Source: Vulcanimicrobiota bacterium
GTDB lineage: Bacteria; Vulcanimicrobiota; Vulcanimicrobiia; Vulcanimicrobiales; Vulcanimicrobiaceae
Length of the DNA stretch: 64,000 bases
Direction of reading: 5' to 3'
Assembly (NCBI GenBank): GCA_963714015.1
Contig: OY970223.1
Coordinates: 3,264,001 to 3,328,000 of the forward strand
Shown here in pieces: positions 51,901 to 61,738 of the stretch. Both the position numbers and the translations under genes were made by a program. Every line of letters starts with the position of its first letter. Positions within the stretch are counted from its first letter, which is position 1. Below the pieces are notes generated by a model. It was given only the letters and a program-made list of their open reading frames with translations. It made no database searches and was not told where the DNA came from.

Positions 51901-54694
51901 TGCCTTCGAATCCGACTTCGCGTGCAACGGTCGTTACCTGGTCGGCAAACGTCGCCAGCGTGTCGATCATGAAATTGATCGTGTCGGCGAGCTGCGCGAT
52001 TTCGCCCTTCGCATCGACCGTCAGTTTGCGCTTCAGGTCGCCGTTGGCGACGCTGGTGACGACCTGCGCGATGCCGCGAACCTGGTTCGTGAGGTTTGCG
52101 GCCATGAAGTTCACGTTGTCCGTAAGGTCTTTCCACGTGCCCGACACGCCCGGCACCTGTGCCTGGCCGCCGAGTTTACCTTCGGAACCCACTTCGCGCG
52201 CGACGCGGGTGACTTCCGATGCGAAGCCGTTCAGCTGATCGACCATCGTGTTGATGGTGTCTTTCAACTCGAGAATCTCGCCGCGAACGTCGACGGTGAT
52301 CTTCTTCGAAAGATCGCCGAGGGCGACCGCCGTGGTAACCTTCGCGATGTTGCGGACCTGCGAGGTCAGGTTCGAGGCCATGGTGTTAACGGAGTCGGTG
52401 AGGTCTTTCCACGTTCCGCCGACGCCGCGCACGAATGCCTGACCGCCCAGACGCCCTTCGGAACCGACTTCGCGCGCCACGCGCGTGACCTCGGATGCGA
52501 AGGCGTTCAGCTGGTCGACCATCGTGTTGATCGTGTTCTTGAGCTCGAGGATTTCGCCGCGAACGTCGACCGTGATCTTCTTGGAGAGATCCCCGTTTGC
52601 GACGGCGGTCGTGACGTCGGCAATGTTGCGGACCTGATTCGTCAGGTTCGACGCCATCGTGTTGACGGAGTCGGTCAGGTCGCGCCACGTGCCGGAGACG
52701 CCCGTAACCTCCGCCTGGCCGCCGAGTTTACCTTCGGAACCGACTTCGCGGGCGACGCGCGTGACCTCGCCGGCGAACGAGTTCAGCTGGTCGACCATCG
52801 TGTTGATCGTGTTCTTCAGCTCGAGGATTTCGCCGCGAACGTCGACGGTGATCTTCTTGGAGAGGTCGCCCTTGGCGACGGCGGTCGTCACTTCCGCGAT
52901 GTTGCGAACCTGCGAGGTCAGGTTCGAGGCCATGAAGTTCACTGATTCGGTGAGGTCGCGCCACGTGCCCGAGACGCCGGCCACCTGCGCCTGACCGCCG
53001 AGTCTTCCTTCCGAGCCGACTTCGCGCGCGACGCGCGTAACTTCACCGGCGAACGAGTTGAGCTGGTCGACCATCGTGTTGATCGTGTTTTTCGACTCCA
53101 AGATTTCGCCGCGAACGTCGACGGTGATCTTGCGCGAGAGATCGCCCTTTGCGACGGCAGTCGTAACGTCGGCGATGTTACGCACCTGAGAGGTCAGGTT
53201 CGAGGCCATGGTGTTGACCGAGTCGGTCAAGTCTTTCCACGTGCCCGAAACGCCGGCGACCTCTGCTTGACCGCCCAGTTTACCTTCGGATCCGACTTCG
53301 CGCGCGACACGCGTCACCTCGCCGGCGAACGAGTTGAGCTGATCGACCATGGTATTGATCGTGTTCTTCAACTCGAGGATCTCGCCGCGCACGTTGACGG
53401 TGATCTTCTTCGAGAGGTCGCCCTTTGCAACGGCGGTGGTGACGTCTGCGATGTTGCGAACCTGCGAGGTCAGGTTCGAGGCCATGAAGTTCACCGACTC
53501 GGTGAGGTCTTTCCACGTACCGGAGACGCCGGTGACCTGCGCTTGTCCGCCCAAGATGCCTTCCGAACCCACTTCGCGCGCGACGCGCGTGACTTCGCCG
53601 GCGAACGAGTTGAGCTGGTCGACCATCGTGTTGATCGTGTTTTTGAGTTCGAGAATCTCGCCTTTGACGTCGACGGTGATCTTCTTGGAGAGGTCGCCCT
53701 TCGCAACGGCCGTCGTGACGTCCGCGATGTTGCGAACCTGCGAGGTCAGGTTCGACGCCATGAAGTTCACCGACTCGGTGAGGTCTTTCCACGTGCCGGC
53801 AACGCCTTGCACCTCGGCTTGACCGCCCAGCTTACCTTCGGATCCGACTTCGCGAGCAACGCGCGTAACTTCCGATGCGAAAGCGTTCAGCTGATCGACC
53901 ATCGTGTTGATGGTGTTCTTCAGCTCGAGAATCTCGCCGCGCGCTTCGACGGTGATCTTGCGTGAGAGATCGCCTTTTGCGACCGCGGTCGTGACGTCCG
54001 CAACGTTGCGAACTTGGTTCGTCAGGTTGCCGGCCATCGTGTTGACGGAGTCCGTCAGCTCTTTCCACATGCCCGCGACGCCTTTGACCTGCGCCTGGCC
54101 GCCGAGTTTGCCTTCGGATCCGACTTCGCGAGCGACGCGCGTAACTTCCGATGCGAAGGCGTTCAGCTGATCCACCATCGTGTTGATGACGCGCGCCGAT
54201 CGCAGGAAGTCGCCGCGAATCGGACGCCCGTCGATCTCCAGCACGGTGCGCTGCGAGAGGTCGCCTTGCGCAACCGCACCGATGACGCGGTTCGTTTCCG
54301 CCATAGGCGCGGCGACCGATTCGATCAGCTCGTTGAAGACGTCGATGTGCTCCTGCCATCCTCCGGACGCGCCCTCGAGTACGGCGCGGTTCGAAAGGCG
54401 CCCGTCGCGCGCGATCGTGCGGCTGACGCGACGCACCTCGTTGAGCATCCGCGTCTTCATCTCGAGGCAATCGTTGAAAGCGGCGGCTATTTCGGCCTCG
54501 ATGCCGTCTCCCGACACCGAAAGGCGTACGCCGAACTCGCCGCGTCGGAAGGCGTGCAGCGCTTGGAGGAGCCGTCGTTCTTGCGCGGTGCCCTCGTGCT
54601 GCCTGGAATGGGAGCCGCCGTTTGCGGAGCCGTTCCCGCCCGAAATCGAATACTTATTAGCGGAACGCTTACGCGTTGCCGTTGCTGAAGGCAT
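48932..54694 (-). CDS. Soluble poly-HAMP hybrid histidine kinase (OsaA/group III-like): HAMP array-GAF-HisKA-HATPase-3xREC
   Basis: 92-aa HAMP repeats, '[15 protein letters not shown]', '[10 protein letters not shown]', '[11 protein letters not shown]', three receiver domains; no TM seen. Confidence 0.95.
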   Translation of the reverse strand: MPSATATRKRSANKYSISGGNGSANGGSHSRQHEGTAQERRLLQALHAFRRGEFGVRLSVSGDGIEAEIAAAFNDCLEMKTRMLNEVRRVSRTIARDGRLSNRAVLEGASGGWQEHIDVFNELIESVAAPMAETNRVIGAVAQGDLSQRTVLEIDGRPIRGDFLRSARVINTMVDQLNAFASEVTRVAREVGSEGKLGGQAQVKGVAGMWKELTDSVNTMAGNLTNQVRNVADVTTAVAKGDLSRKITVEARGEILELKNTINTMVDQLNAFASEVTRVAREVGSEGKLGGQAEVQGVAGTWKDLTESVNFMASNLTSQVRNIADVTTAVAKGDLSKKITVDVKGEILELKNTINTMVDQLNSFAGEVTRVAREVGSEGILGGQAQVTGVSGTWKDLTESVNFMASNLTSQVRNIADVTTAVAKGDLSKKITVNVRGEILELKNTINTMVDQLNSFAGEVTRVAREVGSEGKLGGQAEVAGVSGTWKDLTDSVNTMASNLTSQVRNIADVTTAVAKGDLSRKITVDVRGEILESKNTINTMVDQLNSFAGEVTRVAREVGSEGRLGGQAQVAGVSGTWRDLTESVNFMASNLTSQVRNIAEVTTAVAKGDLSKKITVDVRGEILELKNTINTMVDQLNSFAGEVTRVAREVGSEGKLGGQAEVTGVSGTWRDLTDSVNTMASNLTNQVRNIADVTTAVANGDLSKKITVDVRGEILELKNTINTMVDQLNAFASEVTRVAREVGSEGRLGGQAFVRGVGGTWKDLTDSVNTMASNLTSQVRNIAKVTTAVALGDLSKKITVDVRGEILELKDTINTMVDQLNGFASEVTRVAREVGSEGKLGGQAQVPGVSGTWKDLTDNVNFMAANLTNQVRGIAQVVTSVANGDLKRKLTVDAKGEIAQLADTINFMIDTLATFADQVTTVAREVGFEGKLGGQAQVPGAAGLWKDLTDSVNQLAEQLTSQIRAIGEVATAVTKGDLSRAVEVEARGEVAELTRNVNEMIQNLRDTTRKNTEQDWLKTNLARFTAMLQGQRDIRTVSRLIMSEIAPLVNAHAGAFYLNEPIGNQEMLRLVASYALNRKKFAQRTIREGEGLVGQVLLEKQRVLLTEVPGDYMTINSGLGETPPLSLIVLPVLFEGDVKAVIELASVDRFSEIQLQFFEQLTESIGVILNTIAASMRTEELLKQSQSLTSELQSQQMELQQTNDELEEKARLLQERNEEIERRTREIDEARQELEKKAEQLALTSKYKSQFLANMSHELRTPLNSLLILSKSLADNPEGNMSSKQVEFAQTIRAAGSDLLTLINDILDLSKIESGTTSIDLQEVSFDAIEDDVIRTFDQIAKDKNLEFVIRRHDDVPENLATDPTRLQQILKNLLSNAFKFTIDGCVTLDVSLMREHHLSSIQGPAIAFSVQDTGIGIPPDKFNVIFEAFQQADMGTSRKFGGTGLGLAISREIAGLLGGEIGVESTLGEGSTFTLFHPLERNAPSSIVRSSAAADILKARASRPALTREVSMPAGYEVVRDDRQGIESTDRVLLIIEDDPIFARILLGLARDRGFKGIVARSGAEGIDLARKHLPDAITLDIGLPDTDGWSLLAELKEDPNTGNIPIHVISGEEQWQRALDAGAIAHLRKPVTEETLTQTFDNLLGFAEPRTKSVLVIEDDLTQLNAMVGLIGSGEVAITAVRSAAEALEALDGGKFDCIVVDLGLPDLAGDELISRIRSHREHARTPIIVYTGRELDRTEEAKINKLSEAVIIKDAMSPERLLDETRFFLHQVESRLPAAKRASEIPPLGTASLDGRKVLIVDDDSRNIFALSAALENHHLRVVSAESGKDGIDRLESDPEIDLVLMDIMMPEMDGYETIRRIRANPAFRDLPIIALTAKAMKGDREGCIAAGASEYISKPVDTDHLISLLRVWLNR
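51701..54184 (-). repeat. Coding tandem repeat, 276-bp unit (8 near-identical + 1 diverged)
   Basis: NTMVDQLN...ELKNTI unit recurs every 276 bp from 54184; ninth unit starts at 51976. Confidence 0.93.
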
Positions 54695-54730
54695 AAAACA
54701 AGACTCCCTGCAGGCAGTTACCGAATAATC

Positions 54731-54756
54731 ATATCCAAATCGCACAAGCGCCAAAC
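54731..54756 (-). promoter_or_regulatory. Putative SigB/SigF-type promoter of the kinase
   Basis: Minus strand GTTT-N16-GGATAT about 37 nt upstream of ATG 54694. Confidence 0.4.
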
Positions 54757-54806
54757 TATGGCTCGCCAGGTTTAGCAAGCTGGCTCCAAGGGGGAGAACG
54801 TAGTAA

Positions 54807-56343
54807 ATGCCCACCGGTGTCTCTGCAAAACCGGATGCCCTTGATTTGCTGGCCGAAGCTAATGCCCGGCTGGCGTCGTCGTTCGATTTGTCAGTAACCT
54901 TACCGCAAGTCGCGGATCTCTGCGTTTCGAAATTCGCGGATTATTGCGCCGTTTACGCGACGCACGGCGACGGCGGCACCTTCGCGTTCGAGGCCTCGCG
55001 CGAAGAGGGCTTTCACGTCGAGATTCAAGACGCCGAGAATCTTCGCGACGTCCTGACGGCATTCGGGTTCGAAACCATTGTCGTCACGCCGCTTGCCGGC
55101 CGCCAGGACACGGCGGGAACCTTCGTCGTGGCGTCCCGGCATCGGTCCGCGTTCAACGGTCAGACGCAGAAACTCGCGCGCGTTCTCGCCCTGCAGATTT
55201 CCAATGCGCTCGACCAGTCGATGCTGTTCGAACGAACCTACCGCGTGGCCGACCGCCTGCAGCGAGCGTTGCTGCCGGATACCTTCCCGCGCGTCCCCGG
55301 CGCGATATTCCATGCGGCCTACCGCCCGGCAAGCGACGAGGCGGAGGTCGGCGGCGATTGGTACGACGCCTTCGCGCTGCCCGACGGGCGCGTAGCCATC
55401 TCCATGGGCGACGTAGCCGGGCATGGCTTGGAAGCCGCGACCGTAATGGGCGAAATCCGCCAAGCGATGCGCACGACGGCCCTCGGTGAAAGCTCGCCCT
55501 CGGCGCTGCTCGAACATATCAATTCCGTGATCAATTTGCGTAAAGGCATCGGCATGGTCACGGCAATCTTTGCGTACTACGAGCCCAAGCGCCGCGAATT
55601 GACGTACGCGGTCGCCGGACACCCGCCGCCGATTCTGACCATCGACGGCGGCGGCTTCAACGGCTTTCTGCCGGGCGGCGGCGTTCCGCTGGGCGTCGAA
55701 TCGCAAGTCCGCGCGCGAGATTGCACGATCGCGCTTGCCGCCGCGCAGCTGCGTGATCTTCTATACGGACGGAATGACCGAGTACTCACGCGACGTTTTG
55801 GCGGGTGAAGAACGCCTGCTGCAAGCCTGCGCGCGCGCCTTTCACGCGGACCCGGAGAATCCGGCAATCGCACTTCAGGAGCGCGTTTTCGATGCAACGA
55901 TCAACCGTGACGACGCCGCAACGCTCACGCTCTCTTGCGAAGACGGCAGCATCCCCGCCGGCATGACCTTCTCGGCCGTGCCGCTCGCAGCGCCCATCGT
56001 GCGATCGATGCTGCACCGGTTCTGCGACGAGAACGGGCTTTCGAGCGGGCAGCGCTTTTCGATCGTCACGGCGGTCGGCGAAGCCGTGGCAAACGCGGTG
56101 GAGCACGCGTACCGGGGCGAAGAACCGGGACTCTTACGTTTGCGCGTTTCCTGCGAGGGCGACGCGATCGCGATCGACGTCGAGGACTACGGCCGCTGGA
56201 GACCGTTCCAACGAAGGGACGAACGCGGACGCGGACTCGTGCTGATGCACGAACTGATGGACAGCGTGCGGATTACGTCCGAGCAGACGCGCACCGTGAT
56301 CTCGCTCTTACTCAAGCGCTCCGCAGAGCGCTTTACGATTTGA
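54807..56343 (+). CDS. GAF-PP2C (SpoIIE) phosphatase fused to RsbW-like HATPase (frameshift ~55740)
   Basis: 'LQRALLP', 'VGGDWYD', 'GDVAGHG', 'AGHPPP', 'YTDGMTE', 'DDAA', then '[11 protein letters not shown]', 'DYGRW', 'RGRGLVLM'. Confidence 0.9.
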
Positions 56344-56575
56344 AATATTCGGCGTTGATGGCGGTGAAGTTTTCCCACTTCGCCGGGACGTCGGAGTCGG
56401 CAAAGATCGCTTCGACCGGACAAGCCGAGACGCACGCGCCGCAATCGATGCACACTTCGGGGTCGATGTAGAGCATCTCGTCCTCGTCTTTTCCGTGGAT
56501 GCAGTCGACCGGACACACGTCGACGCACGACTTGTCCTTGGTGCCAATGCACGGTTCGGTGATGACGTAGGCCAT
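56333..56575 (-). CDS. fdxA: Dicluster (7Fe-type) ferredoxin
   Basis: 'CIGTKDKSCVDVCPVDCI', 'CIDCGACVSACP'. Confidence 0.95.
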   Translation of the reverse strand: MAYVITEPCIGTKDKSCVDVCPVDCIHGKDEDEMLYIDPEVCIDCGACVSACPVEAIFADSDVPAKWENFTAINAEYFKS

Positions 56576-56663
56576 GGTTTCGAGCTCAATCCTTTACTGC
56601 GGACGGATTAGTGCGGGAAAGCGTCAGTTATACGCACTGCGGCTGCTCACGCCTCTCCGGCCG

Positions 56664-56924
56664 CTATGTGTAGGTTCGGCGCCCCGTCAAGGCCCGCAGG
56701 ATCAACAGTAGCACGACCGCCCCGATTAGCGCGTAGAGAAAACTCCAAAGCGGCGTCAGTCCGCCGTGGCCAAACTGCCGGTAGAGCCAGCCGCCGATCA
56801 GCGCGCCGATGATGCCGACGACGATGTCGGTCAATATTCCGCCCGGAACCGCGCCGGGGACCAGCCACCGGGCGATGAGCCCGACGATAAGCCCGAAGAT
56901 GATGATGCCGATAATCGTCCACAT
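56664..56924 (-). CDS. GlsB/YeaQ/YmgE stress membrane protein
   Basis: 'GLIVGLIARWLVPG', 'IVVGIIGALIGG', 'ALIGAVVLL'. Confidence 0.9.
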   Translation of the reverse strand: MWTIIGIIIFGLIVGLIARWLVPGAVPGGILTDIVVGIIGALIGGWLYRQFGHGGLTPLWSFLYALIGAVVLLLILRALTGRRTYT

Positions 56925-56944
56925 GCCAGCCCTTTACCCCAAAG

Positions 56945-57202
56945 CTAGGGCGAGATTGTCCTGCGTCCGGCTATCGACCGGCTGAAGATAATCAAGACCA
57001 GCGCGCCTGCAGCCGCCGCAATCACGCTCCAGGCGTCGAACTGATCGAGGCTCAGGCGGTGGCCGAAGAGCTTGAAGATGAAGCCCGCTGTTCCGCCGCC
57101 GACGATACCGAGCAGGGTATCCGGGCCCATACCGCGCGAGTCCGGGACGAAGAAGCGCGCCACCGCCCCGACCAAAAACCCGGCGAGACATTCCACCGCC
57201 AT
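56945..57202 (-). CDS. Second, divergent GlsB/YeaQ/YmgE protein
   Basis: 'GFLVGAVARFFVP', 'LLGIVGG', 'AAAGALVLI'. Confidence 0.75.
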   Translation of the reverse strand: MAVECLAGFLVGAVARFFVPDSRGMGPDTLLGIVGGGTAGFIFKLFGHRLSLDQFDAWSVIAAAAGALVLIIFSRSIAGRRTISP

Positions 57203-57236
57203 AACGGATTTTTTCCCCGAAAGCGAATCGCTACGC

Positions 57237-57926
57237 ATGCGCATCTTCATGGCTCTGCTGATCCTCGTTTGCCCGGCACTTCCGGCTGCGGCCGCGACGA
57301 CCGAAATCGTCGTTTCCGGGCAAGGCACCGCGAGCGCCGCGCCCGACATGGCGACGATCTCGTTCACCATCAACACCTATGCCGCGTCCGCGCAGAACGC
57401 CATCTCGGCAAACAACGCCCGCTATCAGCGGCTCGATTCGGCGATGCACGCGTTGGGAGTGCCGGCCGCGGACGTTCAGACCACGAGCTTTACGCTCGAC
57501 TACAATCCGGCGCCCAAGCCGCCGGAAGCTCCCTCGCCCGGCGAGCGGTACGGCTTCAACGCAGCCCGCTCGGTGGACGTCATCGTCCATCAGCTTTCGC
57601 TCGTCGGCAAGAGCATCGATGCGGCCGCTGCGGCCGGCGTGACCGACGTGGGGGGCGTGCAGTTCGCCGTCTCGGATACGTCCGCGCAAAATGTGGCGGC
57701 ACTGAAATCTGCAGTGCTCGATGCTCGAGCGCAAGCGGACGCGTTAGCCGAGGCGGCGGGACTGCGGATCATCGGCATTCGGAGCATCCGGCAAGGCGGC
57801 GGCATCTTCCAACCACAGCCGGCCGCCAACGTGAGCACGATGATGGCGGCGCGCGTTCCGACGGTCATCCGGCCCAGCGCCGTTCAAACCAGTACCACGG
57901 TCAGCATCATCTTCATCGCCCAGTAG
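57237..57926 (+). CDS. SIMPL/DUF541 periplasmic protein
   Basis: Signal peptide; 'IVVSGQG..APDMATI', '[17 protein letters not shown]'. Confidence 0.9.
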   Translation: MRIFMALLILVCPALPAAAATTEIVVSGQGTASAAPDMATISFTINTYAASAQNAISANNARYQRLDSAMHALGVPAADVQTTSFTLDYNPAPKPPEAPSPGERYGFNAARSVDVIVHQLSLVGKSIDAAAAAGVTDVGGVQFAVSDTSAQNVAALKSAVLDARAQADALAEAAGLRIIGIRSIRQGGGIFQPQPAANVSTMMAARVPTVIRPSAVQTSTTVSIIFIAQ

Positions 57927-57966
57927 AAACGAAACCGGAGGCGGCGCCGGGTGGTAGCATTGTACG

Positions 57967-59910
57967 ATGACGACCACGTGCGAACTCTGCGGCCGTGAGC
58001 CGGCGCCTTTGACCGAAGGCGGAAAGCGGCTCTGCGCGCAGTGCGCCGCCCGGCAGGCTGCGACCAAGGCGGCCCTTCCCTTACTAGGCGCGGCGCTGAC
58101 TGCCGCGGCTTTGGTCGCCGGCGGTGCGTACGTGATCGAGAAGCTCAACGAGCAGCAATCGGGCGGACGCGCTCCAAATCCGCTCGAGGATTTGACCCGC
58201 CGTTTTCGCAGCGCGACGCCGACGCTCGCTGCCTTCTCGCGCGACCTGACGGACCTCGCCCGCAACAACAAGCTGGATCCGGTAATCGGCCGCGCGACCG
58301 AAGTTGAGCGCGTCGTCTCGATCTTGGCGCGTCGCAGCAAGAATAATCCGGTGCTGGTCGGCGAGCCCGGAGTCGGGAAAACGGCGATCGTCGAAGGCCT
58401 TGCCCAGCGAATCGTCGCGGGCGACGTTCCCGGAGCGCTGCGTGACAAACGCGTGCTCGCGCTTTCACTGGGCCCGCTCGTCGCCGGAACCAAGTACCGC
58501 GGCGAGTTTGAATCGCGCGTAAAGCGCATTCTGGACGAAGTGCGCAAAGCGTCGCGCGACGTCGTTCTCTTTATCGACGAACTGCACACGCTGGTCGGCG
58601 CCGGAGCAGCCGAAGGATCGCTGGACTTGAGTTCAATGATCAAACCGGAACTCGCGCGCGGCGATTTGCAATGCATCGGCGCTACGACGTTCGACGAATA
58701 TCGAAAGTACATCGAATCGGACGCGGCGTTGGAACGGCGTTTTCAGCCGGTGATGGTCGAGGAACCCTCGATCGACCAAACGGTCGAGATTTTGCGCGGC
58801 CTGCGCGCGCGCTACAGCGATCACCATAACGTCCAAATCGAGGACGAAGCGGTTCGGGCGGCGGCGGCGCTCGGCGCTCGTTACATCGCGGACCGCTTTC
58901 TTCCGGACAAAGCGATCGATCTCATGGACGAGGCCGCAGCCTCGGTCGCCCTTGCAAATCGCGGCGCGGTGCCCCGTCCGCGCGTTACGGCCGAACATGT
59001 CGCCGCCGTCGTGACCAAATGGACCGGAATTCCGCAAGACACGCTCTCGGAATCGCAAGCGAACAATCTCCTCTCGCTCGAACAGACGCTCGCGAAGCGC
59101 GTCATCGGACAGCAGCAGGCGATTTCAGCAGTGAGCGAAGCGATTCGCCGCGCGCGCGCCGGCTTGCACGATCCGCGAAGACCGCTGGGCAGCTTTCTGT
59201 TCATGGGATCGAGCGGCGTCGGCAAAACGGAACTGGCCAAAGCGCTGGCCGAGGCGCTCTTCGGCACGGAAGAGGCGCTCGTGCGCGTCGATCTTTCGGA
59301 GTATACCGAGGCGCACACGATCTCACGTCTCTTGGGCGCTCCTCCGGGATATCAGGGCCATGAAGAAGCGGGGCAGCTCACCGAACCGGTTCGACGCCGT
59401 CCCTACTGCGTGGTGCTCTTCGACGAACTTGAAAAAGCGCACCCCGATGTTGCCGCCGTGCTTTTACAGATTCTCGACGACGGCCGCGTCACCGATGCCA
59501 AAGGGCGCACGATCGATTTTCGTCATGCACTCATCATCATGACGACCAACCTGAGCGACGACGAGCTGTCCGATGCGTTCCGCCCGGAATTTCTGAATCG
59601 CATCGACGACGTCGTGCACTTCAACGATTTGGGGCTGGCCGGCATCGAGCAGATCGTCGCGATTCACGTCGAAGCGCTGGGCGCGCGGCTGGGCGCGCGG
59701 AACGTTCGCCTGGTTTTAGCCGAAGGCGCGCGTCAGTTTCTGGCGAGCGAAGCGATGAATGCCGGCAGCGGCGCCCGTTACGTGCACCGCACGGTTGCGC
59801 GCCACGTCAGCACACCGCTCTCCACTGCAATTCTGCGCGGCGAATTGCCGCAAGGTTCTTGTGCCGAGGTTCGGCTGCAAGACGGTGCGCTGGTAGTCCG
59901 CGCCGCTTAG
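57967..59910 (+). CDS. Two-NBD Clp/Hsp100 ATPase with N-terminal CxxC-CxxC and TM segment
   Basis: 'LDPVIGR', 'GEPGVGKT', 'GTKYRGEF', 'FIDELH', '[10 protein letters not shown]', 'GSSGVGKT', 'DELEKAHP', '[10 protein letters not shown]'. Confidence 0.92.
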   Translation: MTTTCELCGREPAPLTEGGKRLCAQCAARQAATKAALPLLGAALTAAALVAGGAYVIEKLNEQQSGGRAPNPLEDLTRRFRSATPTLAAFSRDLTDLARNNKLDPVIGRATEVERVVSILARRSKNNPVLVGEPGVGKTAIVEGLAQRIVAGDVPGALRDKRVLALSLGPLVAGTKYRGEFESRVKRILDEVRKASRDVVLFIDELHTLVGAGAAEGSLDLSSMIKPELARGDLQCIGATTFDEYRKYIESDAALERRFQPVMVEEPSIDQTVEILRGLRARYSDHHNVQIEDEAVRAAAALGARYIADRFLPDKAIDLMDEAAASVALANRGAVPRPRVTAEHVAAVVTKWTGIPQDTLSESQANNLLSLEQTLAKRVIGQQQAISAVSEAIRRARAGLHDPRRPLGSFLFMGSSGVGKTELAKALAEALFGTEEALVRVDLSEYTEAHTISRLLGAPPGYQGHEEAGQLTEPVRRRPYCVVLFDELEKAHPDVAAVLLQILDDGRVTDAKGRTIDFRHALIIMTTNLSDDELSDAFRPEFLNRIDDVVHFNDLGLAGIEQIVAIHVEALGARLGARNVRLVLAEGARQFLASEAMNAGSGARYVHRTVARHVSTPLSTAILRGELPQGSCAEVRLQDGALVVRAA

Positions 59911-60086
59911 GGAGCCCGCTCCCCGTCTTCCGCACAAAGAGCGAAGCGCTCGCGAAACCACTTGGCAAAGAACGCTTTGCCCTGAAGGGTGCAGTCGATG
60001 AATCCTCGCGGCGGAAGCCCGTCGAAGGCGCCGTCCAACATTGCCTGCTCGATCTTGCGCTCCGCAACAAACGCGACGATGTCCAT
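59907..60086 (-). CDS. Small DUF1992-like protein (59 aa, not in ORF track)
   Basis: Own translation MDIVAFVAERKIEQAMLDGAFDGLPPRGFIDC...; matches the 'AE.KI.EA...G.FD.LP' pattern. Confidence 0.7.
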   Translation of the reverse strand: MDIVAFVAERKIEQAMLDGAFDGLPPRGFIDCTLQGKAFFAKWFRERFALCAEDGERAP

Positions 60087-60241
60087 GCCACATCAACGTA
60101 ACGGGCGCGCCGGCCGTGACCTCCGCAAGAAACGACATTCCCTACGAAACAGGCGAGCGGCACTCGGTGCAGTTTCGGCGACAAGATCGTTATCGATGGC
60201 CGGGGATGGGGGATTTTCCGCCTGCGGCGTAAGAAGGCGCC

Positions 60242-61216
60242 ATGCGTCGCCGCGCAAAGCAGCAGAACTCGCTTCGACTCGGCATTTTCGCGGTCAGCGC
60301 GATTGCGCTACTTTATGTCTTCGTTTTGGTCTTCATGCATTTTCAAGGCGTCCGCGGCTACCGGATCGGCGTGCGCTTTGCGACGGTCTCCGGATTGTCG
60401 CCGGGAGCGCCTGTGTACGTGAGCGGCGTCCAGATCGGAGCGGTGGAGAAGATTGAGGTCCTGCCCGACAACAGCGTTGAAGTGATCCTCGCCATCACCC
60501 GTGACATCGATCTGCCGACGACCTCGCGCATTACAATCCATTCGCCGCTTACCGGCTCGCCGGACGTTACGATTATACCGCCGATAACGCGCGTCGCGGC
60601 CGGATCCATTCCGGCGCCGCTGCCGCCGAACCTGATCATCCCCAAGCGCGTTTTGCCGCTCGACGAACAACCCATCGGAAGACCGCCGATAAGTCCGAAA
60701 GAATTGATCGCGCAGTCTCAGGAGCTCTTGGACCAGTCAGGGCACATCGTCGGAATGTTCCTAGGCCGGCGGCGCACGCTGCTTGCGCAGGTGGACAGCA
60801 TTCGCGACAATTCCGCGGGGCTGGCGACGGACTTACGCTCGCTGCCTCAGACGCTACGCGCTAACCTTGCCGGAACGTTGAACGACGCGAAAGCGGAGGT
60901 CAGCCGGACGCAAGCGCTGGTCATGAACAGTCGGAACCAGGCGGTCTTGGCGCAGCTTTCGGCATCGCTTAACGCCGCCTCCGCGTCGCTGGAACAGACG
61001 AGCAATGCATTGAACGGCGTGCGGACCGATCGCGCCACGCTCGCGAATACCGCTGCGGCGATGAACAACGTCAAACAAGCATCCGCGACGATGCACGCGG
61101 CACGTATTGATTTTCAGACGATCGGCGCCAATCCCCAGACTCGCGCGGAACTCCTCGACGCCGGCGTGCAGCTGCGCGCTTCCGTTGAGAGGTTACGATC
61201 CTTGATTATCCCGTAA
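60242..61216 (+). CDS. MlaD/MCE-domain protein with long helical C-terminus
   Basis: N-terminal TM; 'FATVSGLSPGAPVYVSGVQIGAVEKI'. Confidence 0.88.
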   Translation: MRRRAKQQNSLRLGIFAVSAIALLYVFVLVFMHFQGVRGYRIGVRFATVSGLSPGAPVYVSGVQIGAVEKIEVLPDNSVEVILAITRDIDLPTTSRITIHSPLTGSPDVTIIPPITRVAAGSIPAPLPPNLIIPKRVLPLDEQPIGRPPISPKELIAQSQELLDQSGHIVGMFLGRRRTLLAQVDSIRDNSAGLATDLRSLPQTLRANLAGTLNDAKAEVSRTQALVMNSRNQAVLAQLSASLNAASASLEQTSNALNGVRTDRATLANTAAAMNNVKQASATMHAARIDFQTIGANPQTRAELLDAGVQLRASVERLRSLIIP

Positions 61217-61338
61217 TCGCTCCAAGCGCTTAGAAATGGCCTCAACTCGTAGGACCTTGGATGGCCGAAGGGGCCATTCAGGTAGGGACGCAAAGGAAAA
61301 GCGGCAGAATTTCATGCGCAAGAAATCGCCTAAATAAC

Positions 61339-61605
61339 ATGGTGTGGGCTCGTGGTGAACCCATTCTCGGGGCCGTTATCGCTGTGGCGGGAGCGGCTTT
61401 CATAGCCTATGCCGGGCCGTATGCCACCTGGGTCGTATCGTTGCCTCAGCCGCTGAGATGGCTACTGAGTCTAGGGCGGAGCTTTGATAAAAGCCGGGAA
61501 CAAATTCGAATCAATGTCATTGTTTTTGGCGTTGGCTGCCTTGTGATCGGGGGAGGACTACTCGTCGCTATGGCCGCGGGATTGCCTATCACGTGGATTC
61601 ACTAG
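61339..61605 (+). CDS. Small membrane hypothetical protein
   Basis: Two hydrophobic segments; lower GC. Confidence 0.45.
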   Translation: MVWARGEPILGAVIAVAGAAFIAYAGPYATWVVSLPQPLRWLLSLGRSFDKSREQIRINVIVFGVGCLVIGGGLLVAMAAGLPITWIH

Positions 61606-61738
61606 CTAACTCTTTCCGTTAGCGTCGGGGTGCGCTGATCGGCTTTCATGGATCATTTCGGCTTGGGCGCTTGATACGCGAGCGCAAGAATCAAAGCGCG
61701 AGTAGGGTTTCCCCCACCGTGCAAACGGCCCCAACGCG

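Noticed and set aside
48968..54728. Long + strand ORFs (e.g. 50399-52945) opposite the kinase
   Set aside because: Antisense shadows typical of high-GC codon bias and repeats; no domain motifs
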